Below are positions 24,983-37,330 of a stretch of 64,000 nt of DNA, in pieces (position 1 is the first letter of the stretch; each line of letters opens with the position of its first letter). Under the pieces are notes generated by a model that searched no databases, was not told the origin of the DNA, and saw only the letters and a program-made list of their open reading frames with translations. The stretch comes from Octopus bimaculoides (taxonomy: Eukaryota). The position numbers and the translations under genes are program-made. The DNA is taken from assembly GCF_001194135.2 (NCBI RefSeq), contig NC_068987.1, forward strand, positions 32,995,729-33,059,728. Direction: 5' to 3'.

Positions 24983-25830
24983 ATGATGATGATGATGATG
25001 ATCATCATCATCATCTCCTTCTCCCCTCCTCCTCTTCCTCCTTCTTCTCCTCCTCCTCCTTCTTCTCCTCCTCCTCCTCCTCCTTCTTCTTCTCCTCCTT
25101 CTTCTCCTCCTCCTTCTTCTTCTTCTTCTTCTTCTTCTCATTCTTCTCCCCCTCCCCCTCCTCCTCCTCCTTCTTCTTCTTCTTCTTCTTCTTCTTCTNN
25201 NNNNNNNNNNNNNNNNNNNNNNNNNNNNNNNNNNNNNNNNNNNNNNNNNNNNNNNNNNNNNNNNNNNNNNNNNNNNNNNNNNNNNNNNNNNNNNNNNNNN
25301 NNNNNNNNNNNNNNNNNNNNNNNNNNNNNNNNNNNNNNNNNNNNNNNNNNNNNNNNNNNNNNNNNNNNNNNNNNNNNNNNNNNNNNNNNNNNNNNNNNNN
25401 NNNNNNNNNNNNNNNNNNNNNNNNNNNNNNNNNNNNNNNNNNNNNNNNNNNNNNNNNNNNNNNNNNNNNNNNNNNNNNNNNNNNNNNNNNNNNNNNNNNN
25501 NNNNNNNNNNNNNNNNNNNNNNNNNNNNNNNNNNNNNNNNNNNNNNNNNNNNNNNNNNNNNNNNNNNNNNNNNNNNNNNNNNNNNNNNNNNNNNNNNNNN
25601 NNNNNNNNNNNNNNNNNNNNNNNNNNNNNNNNNNNNNNNNNNNNNNNNNNNNNNNNNNNNNNNNNNNNNNNNNNNNNNNNNNNNNNNNNNNNNNNNNNNN
25701 NNNNNNNNNNNNNNNNNNNNNNCCTCCTTCTTCTTCTTCTTCTTCTTCTTCTTCTCCTCCTCCTCCTCCTTCTTCTTCTTCTTCTTCTTCTTCTTCTTCT
25801 TCTTCTTCTTCTTCTTCTTCTTCTTCTCGG
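24939..25830. repeat. Compound trinucleotide array (CAT)n/(GAT)n then (CTT/CCT)n spanning a gap
   Basis: Direct reading; source of the poly-H/D/S/P/F/E/K ORFs. Confidence 0.95.
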
Positions 25831-26563
25831 CTCTTCCTCTCCTTATCTTCCTTCTCTTCCTCATTCATGCGTATCATGTTTTATTTTCCATTTCTCTCTT
25901 TCTGGCTCTTACACTAACAGTCCATTTCTTTTCTATTATTCTGGCATTCTCGTTTTTCGCTTTCCATAGCCTTTCATTCTTCTGTTTCTTGTCTCTGTTC
26001 TTTTGTCTCTCCTCTCATTGTTTTTAAATGTACGTCAACAAGCTAGAGCTTTCGATTCATGACCATAAGCCTGTGGGTTCAATTCTCACACTCAACAACT
26101 CAGTCGTAATGAAGACCCCTCTCTCTCTCTCTCTCTCTGTCTCTGTCTCTGTCTCTGTCTCTGTATCTCTCTCTCACTCTCACACATTNNNNNNNNNNCT
26201 CTGTATCTCTCTCTCACTCTCACACATTCCCTCCAGCTGTTACATGTCGAGTGAGTGGCTATGTCTGCTGGCGACTGCATCGGCATCTGAAACAATTAGT
26301 GAACACATCATGGTATATGTAACCAAATGATATTCATCTCCAAATAACAGCTGGCTGTGCATTCTTCTTCCTTTCTTTATACTTTCTTCTATTGTTTCGT
26401 TTTTTCTCACTCAGTCTCTTTGTTTAGTTCTTTGTTTGTTCTTTCCGTCTGTTTGTCTCTGCCTACCCCTCTTAGTTTGTTTCTTCCTTTCTTTCCCTCC
26501 TTCTTTCTCTTTTTCTCTTTCCCTCCTTCCTTTCTTTTGCTCAAATCACACTTTCTTTCTTTT

Positions 26564-26615
<52 letters not shown>

Positions 26616-28104
26616 CCTTTCTAACTATTTTTTCTTTCATTTCTTTCTCTCTTTCTCTCTTTCTTTCTCTTTCCGTTTCTGTCTCCCAATATCTCTCCGG
26701 GTGTTTATTTCTTTATTTGATTTGTTTCGTTTACCAATGTCATTTCAGTTTTTCTTTCCAGAAACGATATGAAATCTGAGTCTATCTCTGTGACACTTCC
26801 TGTCAAAACAAAAAAAGACCAGAAGGGAAACAGACGCTACATTATTTGTCTAATTGCATCATAACACTAATGAAATTCTATGATAAATATAATTAATAAC
26901 AACAGTTGAATCAATAGCAGCGACTACAGTACATTACATCGTACACGTTAGCACAAACACCTAACGGAAATCTAATGTCACATGCATTTCTGTTTGGTGC
27001 CACTTTTATTAAGCTTATGCTGGCGAATGTAAGAGCGTCTAGGTGGTGAATCGACTAGCTAGAAATGACAGCTAAATTTTCCTTAACCATTTAAAAGATG
27101 TAATTCAACTATGAATATTATAAATTTTTACATTTTCTTTGTTCCTGAGTGGTCTTTGATTATATTTCTTCTGTTATGTTGCTTATTTTTAATAGTATAC
27201 CTAGTGAATACTGTAATGTAGCAGGACCCGTGGACATTTTACGGTATTAGTCAGCAGATTTTTGAAAATATTATGTTAGTATATTAAACAAAATCAAGGA
27301 CTTTCAAAAGATTGTTTTGACATCCTACCATTTAATAAGGCATAACTTATTTACCTCCTTGTAGATGAGATGTCCTTTTATAGTTTAAGGAACTAAAAAA
27401 ATGAATTTAAATGATAAAATTTATCCATATATAGTGATTAAATGTTTGTTATTTATAATTTTGTTGAATGTCCCTGTACCATATATATTGTCAGAGATTA
27501 GAACAATCTCACAGGAGACTGAACTCGTTTCGAAATTATGAACTCGTTTCGAAAAAAGACGATTGGAGTAATTTATTTGGAGTCAAGTTCTTGCGTGGAC
27601 CTAAGAAAGGAAACGCAAAATCCGTTATAACATTATATGTATTTAATTTAAAACCTCTGTCTCAAAAGTGTAACATTATCCGTTAAAGTGTTATGTTATT
27701 ACTATAAATTCATAGCTATGAAAAAGGTGAAGTAATCATAAGAAATATGATATTCACAGCTGGAACGCTATTGACTGTACGTCAACCAACAAAACTGCTT
27801 CAAAATGTATGAAGTAGGAGCTCAAATTTACTAAAATGCAACAGACAATCTTGACAAAATATATGTACACGTTCGTTTGTGTAGTTTCAGATATATTTTT
27901 GGATGCGTAAAATACCAGACGGTCATGGATAGAACACAAATTATCATAGGCTTTTGGATCTATATGGAATGAGAGCAAGAATAAGGTAAAAAGAACAGGC
28001 ACACACATGCACGCATGCTCGTAGACACGCATACCGTCATCTTCACCAACAGCAGCACTACTAGCAGCCGCACCATTACCGTGACAACAATAATCGTTTT
28101 TAAT

Positions 28105-28196
28105 ATAGGCAGAAGGCCTGAAATTTGGGAGGCAGGTGACTAGTCGATTACATCGACCCCAGTGTTCAGCTTGTGCTTATTTTATAGACCCGAAAA
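28105..28196 (-). mobile_element. 3' part of SINE family A
   Basis: ggcagaaggcctgaaatttggg...gtcgattacatcgaccccagtg...ttttatagacccgaaa. Confidence 0.75.
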
Positions 28197-28289
28197 TGGT
28201 TTGAGACAACGTTTGTTCTCGATAGGGGAGGAAGCAAAGAACCGTTTGTTCTCGATAGGGGAAGAAGCAAAGGAGGAAACAAAGCGTTG

Positions 28290-28790
28290 TAGATGTGGCG
28301 CTTATTCTTCCGGGAGACAAAGCAGTGGCGCCTGAGGAGCGCCTAAGGGGCTTCGATAGGGATTACAGGACCCCGAGGTCCATACCTCAGCTACAGTTGA
28401 TCAGATGGTACGATAACGTTTCCAACGAACAACACGCATCACAATGCACCCTCCAACTCTTAGCTTTCTACTGCTTGCACTTGTACGGACATGTCCTCTA
28501 CCTGCTTCCAGATCATCCTACCATGGCCTCCCGTTCGAAGCAGCAGTTCCGTCGAACGGGGTGGAAGAAGTCGCGTAGCAGGACCGGCACCAGATGGCTG
28601 GATGTGAAATAGGAAGATCTCCAGAGGTTCAACATCATCTTAAAGGATGCAGAGGATCTTCACGGGACCGTCAGCGATGGGGAGTACAAGTGGACCTGGT
28701 CGCCTCTACAAACAATGCCACCTCTGGGATCACAACATGGATGACCCCGGCCTTACGAAGCACGAGTATGAAGCAAGCATGCATCCCCTG
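28290..28790 (+). mobile_element. RTE-clade LINE 3' fragment
   Basis: IRWYDNVSNE...LHLYGHV..LLPDHPT...GWKKSRSRTGTRWLDV*EDLQRFNIILKDAEDL matches the RTE post-RT region (IRWxDxVSN..RLxGHV..PxDHP..WKRPRGRPRxRWLD). Locally GC-rich. Confidence 0.75.
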
Positions 28791-29870
28791 ACATAGAGGT
28801 TAATAGGTTGAAAGGCAGATAGATACACGTGGCTGTTGTTCCATTATGGGTGCGCCTGCGTCTGATGTGTACATTTGCACGTGTATGAAGAGTGACAGTC
28901 AAAAAGATAGTGTATGTGAGTACATCGTCTAAAAAAAAATTCTCGAGAAATAGATAGAAAGAGATAAATAGCGAGATAGATAGATACATAGACAGATAGA
29001 TAGAGAGGGAGGGGGAGAAAGAGAGAAAGTGGGCGAGACTGATAGATACATTTGCCTATCGTAGAGTTGATCCAGGAGGAAATGTTTAATGATGTAACAC
29101 TGTAGTTCTGTTGTTTATAGCAAACCTCCTTAAACTAATACGGGCCCACAACGTATTAACACGTCACAAAAGTTCATAGTGAGATATTGCTATCCGCCCG
29201 CCAAAGGGGAGCGATAAAAGCATTTTATTATTATTAAATGTCCTAATCCGATGCTTGGATTATTCTTCCGTAACGGATAGCTTTCACGCTAAGTGCTACT
29301 TCTGTTGGTTTTAAGAGATTATTGAATGCATTGAGCGTCATTAAAAGCTTTTGGAAATATTTCGATTTCTAACTTAGGCACTTGATCAGAAATTTATATG
29401 GAAAAGGAATCATATTTATGTGACGTTCCTGTCTCGTGGGTATTATCTATTTAATTGATGCGAAATGGTTTCCAGCGGGAACTTAAATCGCGAGTTACTC
29501 CACATGTCGATTTTCAACATAAATAGCTCTGCAGCGTTTACCTCTTTATGTAAATATAATTTGTTTTACTTTGCTTGAAAGTATTGTTTTTAAGTAGTTG
29601 CTTTTATCTCTTTTTTATGGAAAGTCGAAATGGCTATTGTGATCTTCATGAGTTTCTTAAAAGCATTAGCGGTTTTAATTTGGTTAAATATATTTAATTG
29701 AGGGTTATTGACATAGTGCTCTTGTGTCGATTCGCAAACAACTAATTGTGGCTTTATCGCTCTCACCATGGGATATATAAATATTGATTCTGCCCCTTTG
29801 TTATCAGATAATAGATTGCTTTATCTATAGTATGATACACGGTAAACCTTGACTACGATTAATGTAAATA

Positions 29871-30460
29871 TGAAGGCTGTACCGAAAGTTATGCTAAGTG
29901 GCATGACTATATTTATTAACTGATATAGGTCGTTTAAACTGCATAAGTTGTTAAAGTAACTTCCTCTATATTAACATTTTTCTATGCTTTTCACTGCGGG
30001 CAAATAATCGATTCCAAGTAGAAGCAACGTACTGTCATTGAATGCTTGACGAAGGAGGGGTGTCTGGCTGTTCGGCATCCGCTGGATGTCACAACTTGTT
30101 TGCGGAGAGGACTACATTTACAGGACAATATGGGCATACGTTTGAAGAAGTTTAAAGATGTGAGCACCAGCACAGAAGACCATTCACGCAGTGGTAATTA
30201 TTACCTTGGAATACAGACAGTAATCACTAGCGAGTGAACGAAAGGACTCTGCCAGTCAGACGGGTCACAATCCACAAGCTTGCAGTATAACTGAACTGAG
30301 ATTACGATGCAATACAGAAGACGGTAGAAAACGTCGGCTATCAAAATGTGTGCAGAGTGGTTACCTCGACAGTGTTTGCCTCAACAACCAGCTTAAAAAA
30401 GAGAATGGAGGAAGTGGTATGAAAACTCACAGCATATGTAGCTGGATATGATGGAAAGTG
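29871..30460 (+). mobile_element. 5' fragment of a mariner (DD34D-type) transposon
   Basis: TA followed by TIR-like tgaaggctgtaccgaaagtt. Translation KQRTVIECLTKEG...KKFKD..TSTEDHSRSG...KMCAEWLPRQ resembles the mariner HTH region ending in KVCARWVP. The catalytic domain is absent, so the subfamily call is inferred. Confidence 0.7.
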
Positions 30461-30479
30461 TCAGCTGTCCACAGCCAGC

Positions 30480-30780
30480 AGACTAAAGTGACACTTGTTT
30501 ACTGGTCATGCTCCAGGAACCCCGCTAAGAATTCTTGCAGTCCCAAGCAATGCTGATTTTTGTAGGTGTTCTACCTTCATACTTGCACCGATCTTTTTCA
30601 GTCAAGTTGATAGTTGAGTGCCTAATACTTCCAAGTGCACCAATTAATATTGGTATCACGTCTAGTCTCTTCTTTGACCACTACCTTCATATTTCTCACT
30701 TATTGCCCTCACATAATCTCTGTTCAGTAATTTCGGACATTTTCATAGCCTTCCATTTGTTGTCTGTACCCTCTAACAGG
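30480..30780 (-). mobile_element. Decayed RLE-LINE 3' end
   Basis: Minus strand WSKKRLDVIPILIGALGS..., the RLE C-terminus. Confidence 0.65.
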
Positions 30781-31391
30781 CACGCCGTTCGCATCTACTA
30801 GAGTGCTCCGGTAGTTAACACTCCACAAACATCATGTTTATGCCACTTATGTTTTGTAGCATAGCTAGTAGTTGCTGGATTACAACTGGGCCTACCCTGC
30901 TGCACACTGGGGTACCTGCCGGGTGCGATACCTTCACCATCGGTTCCATTCCCGTTCACACCTTTATCGTCATCTATTTTGCTTGGCATTTTCACTCGCA
31001 AATGAGGCGTGTTTTTAGGTTACTACGAACCGGTATTCTTATCGAGACATCATCTCTATCAAGGTAGTCCGCCAAGGTGGCATGGGCCTTGCTCCCCTAG
31101 ATTTGAACTCAGAGTATTTCTTTTCCTAGGCTGCTTGCCATCCAATGCTAACGAGAACAGCCTACTTGGAGCACTGGTTATTTGAAGGCGCCAGATACAT
31201 GCTTATACCCACACTTCTGTCAGTTTGGCTAAGCAGTGGGGCTTGACTGTCAGAGGACGGGTCTGGTGCAGGCCACTGGGCCATTTTGTAAGTGATGGGC
31301 GCTCAATTACACTCACTACCCCAGCATAGACAAAAAAGTAAAAAAAAAACTAAATAAAATAACAAAATAAAAACAAATAAAAAATGAAATT

Positions 31392-31392
<1 letters not shown>

Positions 31393-31422
<30 letters not shown>

Positions 31423-31960
31423 TATTATTATTATTATTATTGAGTGAGAGAGCAACGCATGCCATCACTGTGGTACAAATATACGAAGCCCAATATTCTC
31501 ATCATGACTACTCGTCAGATAAGAGCACACCAGGCACATGCATCACAACCATATATGTGTGACATGGTGAGCTTGTATGAAGATAAACAGCGCAGGACGT
31601 TGCAGGTGGGGCCCTGCTAGAATATTCTCCTGGTTAAGTAGCCCATCCNNNNNNNNNNGGATGATGAACGAAACACCCATCTTTCGAAAGGTGAATTATT
31701 CCAACCCTAAAGAATTCCTCTTAACACATGGCTATGAATCCTCCTCATAATTCCTGCTCTTGATCAGAGATGCACATGACATCAGCCACCAAGGGACATG
31801 CTGAAGTGGTTACGGTCAAGCAACTGACAAGCAAATCTGTGGTATTGAGCATAATTTTTGCTGTAGCCCATCTTTTATACCAAGACTTATGTATGACAAC
31901 ACTCCCAAACAGTTAAGATGAGAAGCTATGAGAGCAAGTGCGTGTTATTGCATCCGGGCA
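31393..31960 (-). mobile_element. (AAT)n-tailed retroposon fragment, probably a LINE 3' UTR
   Basis: Bounded by (ATT)n at 31393-31441 and 31960-32060, in the same polarity as the neighbouring RLE fragments. No coding motif recognised. Confidence 0.45.
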
Positions 31961-31976
31961 TTTATTATTGTTGTTA

Positions 31977-32059
<83 letters not shown>

Positions 32060-32190
32060 TTATGTTTGACTTTTGTTTTGCATTAGTACAAGTTGGATCC
32101 AAGTCTCACCCAGAGACCTCAAGAGACAACAAGTTAGAAGTTCATGTAGGTGTTATGCCTAGGGTACCATATATTTCGATTTGTACATAG
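31960..32190 (-). mobile_element. Short (AAT)n-tailed retroposon 3' fragment ending in a hairpin
   Basis: Long (ATT)n, then ~130 bp of UTR-like sequence, terminated by the 17 bp inverted repeat at 32171-32217. Confidence 0.5.
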
Positions 32191-32213
32191 TGTTGTTCTG
32201 TGTACAAATCGAA

Positions 32214-32214
32214 A

Positions 32215-32263
<49 letters not shown>

Positions 32264-34850
32264 ATCATCATTATTTTTCATCTTATTTTTATCACGTGCA
32301 TTCACTGCACTATCGAGTGCACATCTGTGTGCCTTGGGTATATGCTTTGGCTTGTTGTAATGCTGTTATTTTTACTGTATTGAAATTGTTTTACGTAGGA
32401 TGTGTGCGTTGCCTAGTAGTGCTATTTTCTGTATGTTATATGTACTTGTTCGTCATGGTGTGTTTTTTTTAATGTATTTGTCTGAATATTTTTTTTATCA
32501 TACCCAATGCGCTTACAATGATAGGAACTGCTTCTATTTTGAGACACCACATTCGAGTTACCTCTATTTCCAAGGTTTGTAATTTGAAAGATTCTCCATT
32601 TCTTTTTAAGTAACATTGTAATCTGTTGGTATTGATACATCAATTAGAAAGCGTTTTTTCTTGGCAATCTCTGACAACTATATCCAGCCTATTGGCCTTA
32701 ATTTATCTAACTATGTGTATTGGCGTATCCCATAGTATGGTCGGTTTTTCATTTTGTGTGATTTTTTATGGCGTGTTTCTATGCCATCTTTTTCTGTTGA
32801 TATTCTACGGTGTTGGCATAGCATCCAATGTATATAAGTCCCTACTTAGGACTGGGCAGCCAGAGACAATATGATTCGCCCTTTCTTCTCCATCTCCACA
32901 TTTTCTGAAGTTACTTGTATTTCTTTTCATTACATGTTTTTGGTGATTTCTTGTGTGAAGGCTTTGATATTGTGCTGCAATTAAAATTCCTTCAGTCTCT
33001 GCTTTGAGTCCAGAGCCATTGTTGAGATTTTGCTATGTCTATTTCTTTTCTGTTTAGTTTAACCCAATATTAGCAGGAAGGAACTTTTCGTGCCATCGTT
33101 TTATCATAATCCGTTGCTGTTCCAGTTTTAGTTTGACTTTCACTTGTTTTACAGCTTTTGTTGTTTCTTCTTTTTCGTCATAGTTGTTAGGTAGTATGAC
33201 CTCTTTTTTTATTTGTATTTGTCAGCTTCCTTTAAAACTGAAAACAGTTTTTTGTTGTGTTCGTGTTTTGTGGCTAGTTGTATTAGTTTTCCTTGTTTCT
33301 GAAGTATTTCTCTAATCCTATAGTGGTTATTTTGTAATAGTCTTCTAGTTGTATAAGGCCTCTACCACCTTCGATACGTTGTATATATAACCTTTGTATG
33401 TCAGATTTTAGGTGGTGCATCCTTAATCTAGTCACTATTTTTCATGTTTTCCTTTCTATTTTCATTAGTTCATATAGCATCCAGTTAAGAATATTATAGC
33501 TGTAATATATAACTGGGACGGCTGGAGTGTTGATACCTATTATCTTGTTTTTCGCATTGAGTTCAGTTTTCCGTATTAATCTAACTCATCTATAGTATTC
33601 CTTTTTATCTTCTATTTTATTTGTATGTCTTGTATCGTATCTGTCTGTAGCAAAGTGTCCAGGTGTTTATCATTTGTAGCGTACAATTTTAGGTCGTCCG
33701 TATACAAGAGATGGCTGATTGTTTTGCAGTTACAGTTGTATACGCATTCACGTCTGTTTAGCATATCAGATAAAGGTGTCAGTGTCCAGCAGAATAGGCG
33801 TGGAGAGAACGTGGCTCCCTGGAATTTTCCGCTTCGAATGCGGATGGCTTTGGTTTTTATGAGTTTTTTTTTGTCTGGAGCTGTAGCACTGTCTGCCATT
33901 TATTCATGGTGTGCTTTATATATTTTATGATTATTGGTGCTACCTTGTTCATAGCCAGTGTTTCTAGAATCCATGTGTGGAGAATACCATCAAAGGCCTT
34001 TCGGTAATTGATCCAGGCCATACTAAAACATTTCTTCTTCCTGTGGCTGTCATCAGTTATGGCTTTATTGATCAGTAGCTGATCTTTACAGCAGTATTAG
34101 CCCTTGCAGCATTCCTTTTCCTCTTTTAGAAACAGGCTGTTTTATTCCAGATTTGTGCCCATTTTCTGTGATATAATTGCAGTAAAGAGACAAGTTATCT
34201 GTCTGTAATTTTGTTGTTTTGCCGTTTCAGTAGATTTGGGATTTGGATAGTCTTCACTTCTTTGAGCCATTCAGGCATTGTTTCGGGCTCTGCTAGTATT
34301 TCATTAAATTTCTCAGCCAGCTTTTTATGTGTTCTTGTTAGGTATTTTAACCAGATGTTAGGGATCTTGTCGTACTTGGATACCTTCCAGTTACTTAGTT
34401 CTTGCAGTGCCTGGGTAAACTCATCAGATATTATAGAGGTCTAGAGTTGTTCAGGTGCAGTGCTCGCTGTTTTGATAGATGTTTTTCTAAGGTTCTTCCT
34501 CCGCCGACCATATTTCTTTCCAAAATTCTTCCAATTCCGTTGTTGTTACTGCATTGATCTCTATCCTATTTTTGTCAAGATCTTGGTAGATTCTTTTGAA
34601 GTTCGAGCTGAATTGCTTGTTTTACTTAAAAGATCGTTGGCGTTTCTTATACCGGCGGATTATTTGTACTTTGGCGAGGATATCTTGCTTTAGATGTTCT
34701 TTTACCTCAGGTGTACCTTGTTCTGTCATTTTGTATTTACGTTGTATTTTTCTTCTCTTCTTTTGCTTAGTAGTGTCAATTATCAACTAGTTACCTTAAA
34801 GTTTGAGAGATCTTTTCCCTTAGTTTTTAAAGATTTTTTCTGGATATTAC
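32214..34850 (-). mobile_element. RLE-type (R4/Dong-like) LINE with RT and RLE remnants
   Basis: RT motifs KGC..GYYGCKDQLLINKAI..AWINYRKAFDGI (33960-34130) and QGATFSPRLF..ISHLLYTDDLKLY (33670-33830; YMDD altered to YTDD). RLE and UTR at 32265-32720; (ATT)n tail at 32214-32265. Confidence 0.9.
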
Positions 34851-35308
34851 TTATTATCATTATTATTATCGTTCAGTAGTTTTATTTTTATAACGTGCTT
34901 TCACTTCAAGACCGAGCGCAGCTCTGTGTGCCTTGGGTATGTGCTGTGGTTTGCTGTCATGCTCTTATGGTTACTGTATTGAAAGTGTTTTGCGTAGGAT
35001 GTGTGCAGTGCCCAGTAGTGCAATTTTCTGTATGTTATATATATTTATAAGTCCTGGTGTTTTTTTTTATGTATTTGTCTGAATATTTTTTTTATTATAC
35101 CTAAGGCACCTACTATGATAGGAATTGTTTCTGTTTTTAGATTCCACATTCGAGTTACCTCTATTTCCAGGTCTTTGTATTTTGAAAGTTTTTCCATTTC
35201 TTTTAGGGAAACTTTGTCATCTGCTGGTATTGATACATCAATTAGAAAGCATTTTTTTTCTTCATGGTCTTTGACAACTATATCTGGTCTATTTGCCTTA
35301 ATTTCTCT
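34850..35308 (-). mobile_element. 5'-truncated RLE-LINE 3' end (young subfamily)
   Basis: EIKANRPDIVVKDHEEKKCFLIDVSIPADDKVSLKEMEKLSKYKDLEIEVTRMWNLKTETIPIIVGALG, an intact PD-(D/E)xK RLE motif set. Confidence 0.9.
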
Positions 35309-35309
35309 T

Positions 35310-35640
35310 ACCTCCGCCTTAACAGAAACGGAGGTATTGCATTCAGTCGCGTTTGTCTGTTTGTTTGTCCTGGGACAAGATATCTCAAGAACCCCTGGAT
35401 GGATTCGGGTGAAACCTTCAGGGATGTTTGGCCTTATGACTGGCACAAACTGATTAAATTTGGGGATCGATCCGGTACCAGACAAGGATTCTGGATTATC
35501 TTTCCAGATTTTTAAATTAATTTTTGAGAGCGGGCGGGTTCATTTTTTGTATTCTCATTTTAAAAAGCATCTCCGGCTAATCGTTGAGAGGACGTTGGTG
35601 TTGCCTTGGCAGAGGTTTGCGCTCTGTGAGTACTCTTGTT
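35310..35640 (+). mobile_element. DINE-1-like / Helentron-associated non-autonomous element (HINE)
   Basis: 5' subTIR acctccgcc (35310-35318) with nearby partial inverse cggaggt (35329-35335); gtctgtttgtttgtc microsatellite; 3' subTIR ggcagaggt (35608-35616); terminal stem-loop gcgctc-tgt-gagtac; T-rich flanks. Confidence 0.7.
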
Positions 35641-36540
35641 ATTATTATTATTTTTTTCATTGTTGATATCTTTCCTTATAGAGCCAAATGCGTGCTGCAG
35701 AACACCACACCTGGATGCTGATTTTATGGAGCTCAGGAATGTTGATATTACAAGTCAGTTTGTCGGTGAATTTGTCCAGGTGTTTTTTGACGAGCCCTGG
35801 AACACCGATAACGAGAAGTAATAGATACCTCAGCATTCATTGCCAGCAACCGCTTGTTGTCAATCTGTAAGACTTTGTATTTTGATATTTTTCCCATGAC
35901 TTTTGTGGGCGTATTTCTCTCTGATGGTATCGCGACAACTATTATTAGGCATTTCTTTTCCATCCCAGCCTTGATAAGGTCGTCTTGACAGTTTGCTCTT
36001 ATTTCCTGGTCTTTATAAATACGTACACCTCATAGTATAGTAATGTTTTCATTTTTCATGAGTGTTTCCGGTTGATGATCATACCATTTCTCAGTGCTCT
36101 TGATGTTATATTCTCTGCATCCTATCAAGTTGATGTATGCTGCTACCTTGTGGCGTTGGATATATTCTGTCTTAGCAAGTCTTGGGTTGCCAGAAACAAT
36201 ATGGTCAACAGTTTCTTCGAAATTGCTGTATATCCTGGATCGGGAGTCAGTACAGTTTTGTGTCAATTTTATTGATCTTACTGATGGACAATTTAATAAT
36301 GTCAAACTGTAGGTCACAAAAGGAATAAATAAGATATTGATTGCACCAGTACTCTTTACGGCATTAAATTCGGTCTTTAGGATAGCTCTAACTCTACGGC
36401 AATATTCTATTATTACTTTTATCGGTGACGCTTTTGACCTGACAGATGTTATACCAGCAATATACCAAAATAGCGAGCCATACTCAATGGCTAAATGTCC
36501 TTTGGCCTATTCCTTCTCCTTCAACTTTCTAGCACCTACT
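35641..36540 (-). mobile_element. RLE-LINE remnant, second subfamily
   Basis: ETVDHIVSGNPRLAKTEYIQRH...WYDHQPETLMKNENITIL; KCLIIVVAIPSERN..SKYK; RT-tail remnant at 36340-36530; short (ATT)n tail at 35640. Confidence 0.8.
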
Positions 36541-36544
36541 ATAG

Positions 36545-37330
36545 AATTTCCGTCGTGGTGGTAATTCCTGGCTTCTCAAGCCATTCATATAACCTTTTAC
36601 TAACTGCTCCCAGTGTGCCTACCAGAATCGGTACCACTTCAAGTGCTCGATTCTCTCCATAATTTCCTGGTTTTCCTCTCGAACTCCTGGTATTTTTCAA
36701 CTTTATCACTTTCCTTCTGATTCACTCTGTTGTCTCACGGCGAAGCAATATCCACAATAATTGCTTTGAGTTTCTTCTTTTCTACGACAACAATATCAGG
36801 TTTTCTAACTACAATAAAATGGTCACACTGGATGGTCATGTCCCACAAGATCTTGTGTTGTTCATTTTCAGCAATAATTTCCGGTTGGTCCTCATACCAC
36901 TTCTGATTTCTGCTCCTATCATACACATGACAGATCTTCCAGTGAGCCAATCTGGGAATCTTGCCGCAACTTCACGCGTACTCCTGTTCAAGCATCTTAG
37001 AATCGTGTCAATACTGAACTTGATATAGTTCGTTCTTCGTGCATGTTCTTGGCCTGCAAAGATAAGGGCTTCAGTTCGAACTTTCAAGTTGCTTTTCCTA
37101 ATCTATTCCTAGTATTACCTTTGTCTACTGTTTCAGACATTTTCCGCAAGAATTGACCATACATTTTCTCTCTTTTCATCTATTCAAGATGTCATTCTTT
37201 CTGTCGTGTTTAAATTATCCTTTTCCTTTACTTTATCACTGCTTGGGACTTTATCTTTCTTACTCCTGTCATCAATCCCTCCAATGCATACTTTATTTAC
37301 CATGACCCGTTATTTTTCCCAAACTCATAG
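36545..37330 (-). mobile_element. RLE-LINE remnant, third subfamily
   Basis: KVRTEALIFAGQEHARRTNYIK; WYEDQPEIIAENEQHKILWDMTIQCDH...RKPDIVVVEKKKLKAIIVDIASP. Confidence 0.8.

Noticed and set aside
26159-26227. Duplicated ctctgtatctctctcactctcacacatt around a short gap
   Set aside because: Same overlap artefact within a microsatellite.
27520-27554. 16 bp direct repeat tgaactcgtttcgaaa with 19 bp period
   Set aside because: An ordinary small tandem duplication with no associated structure.
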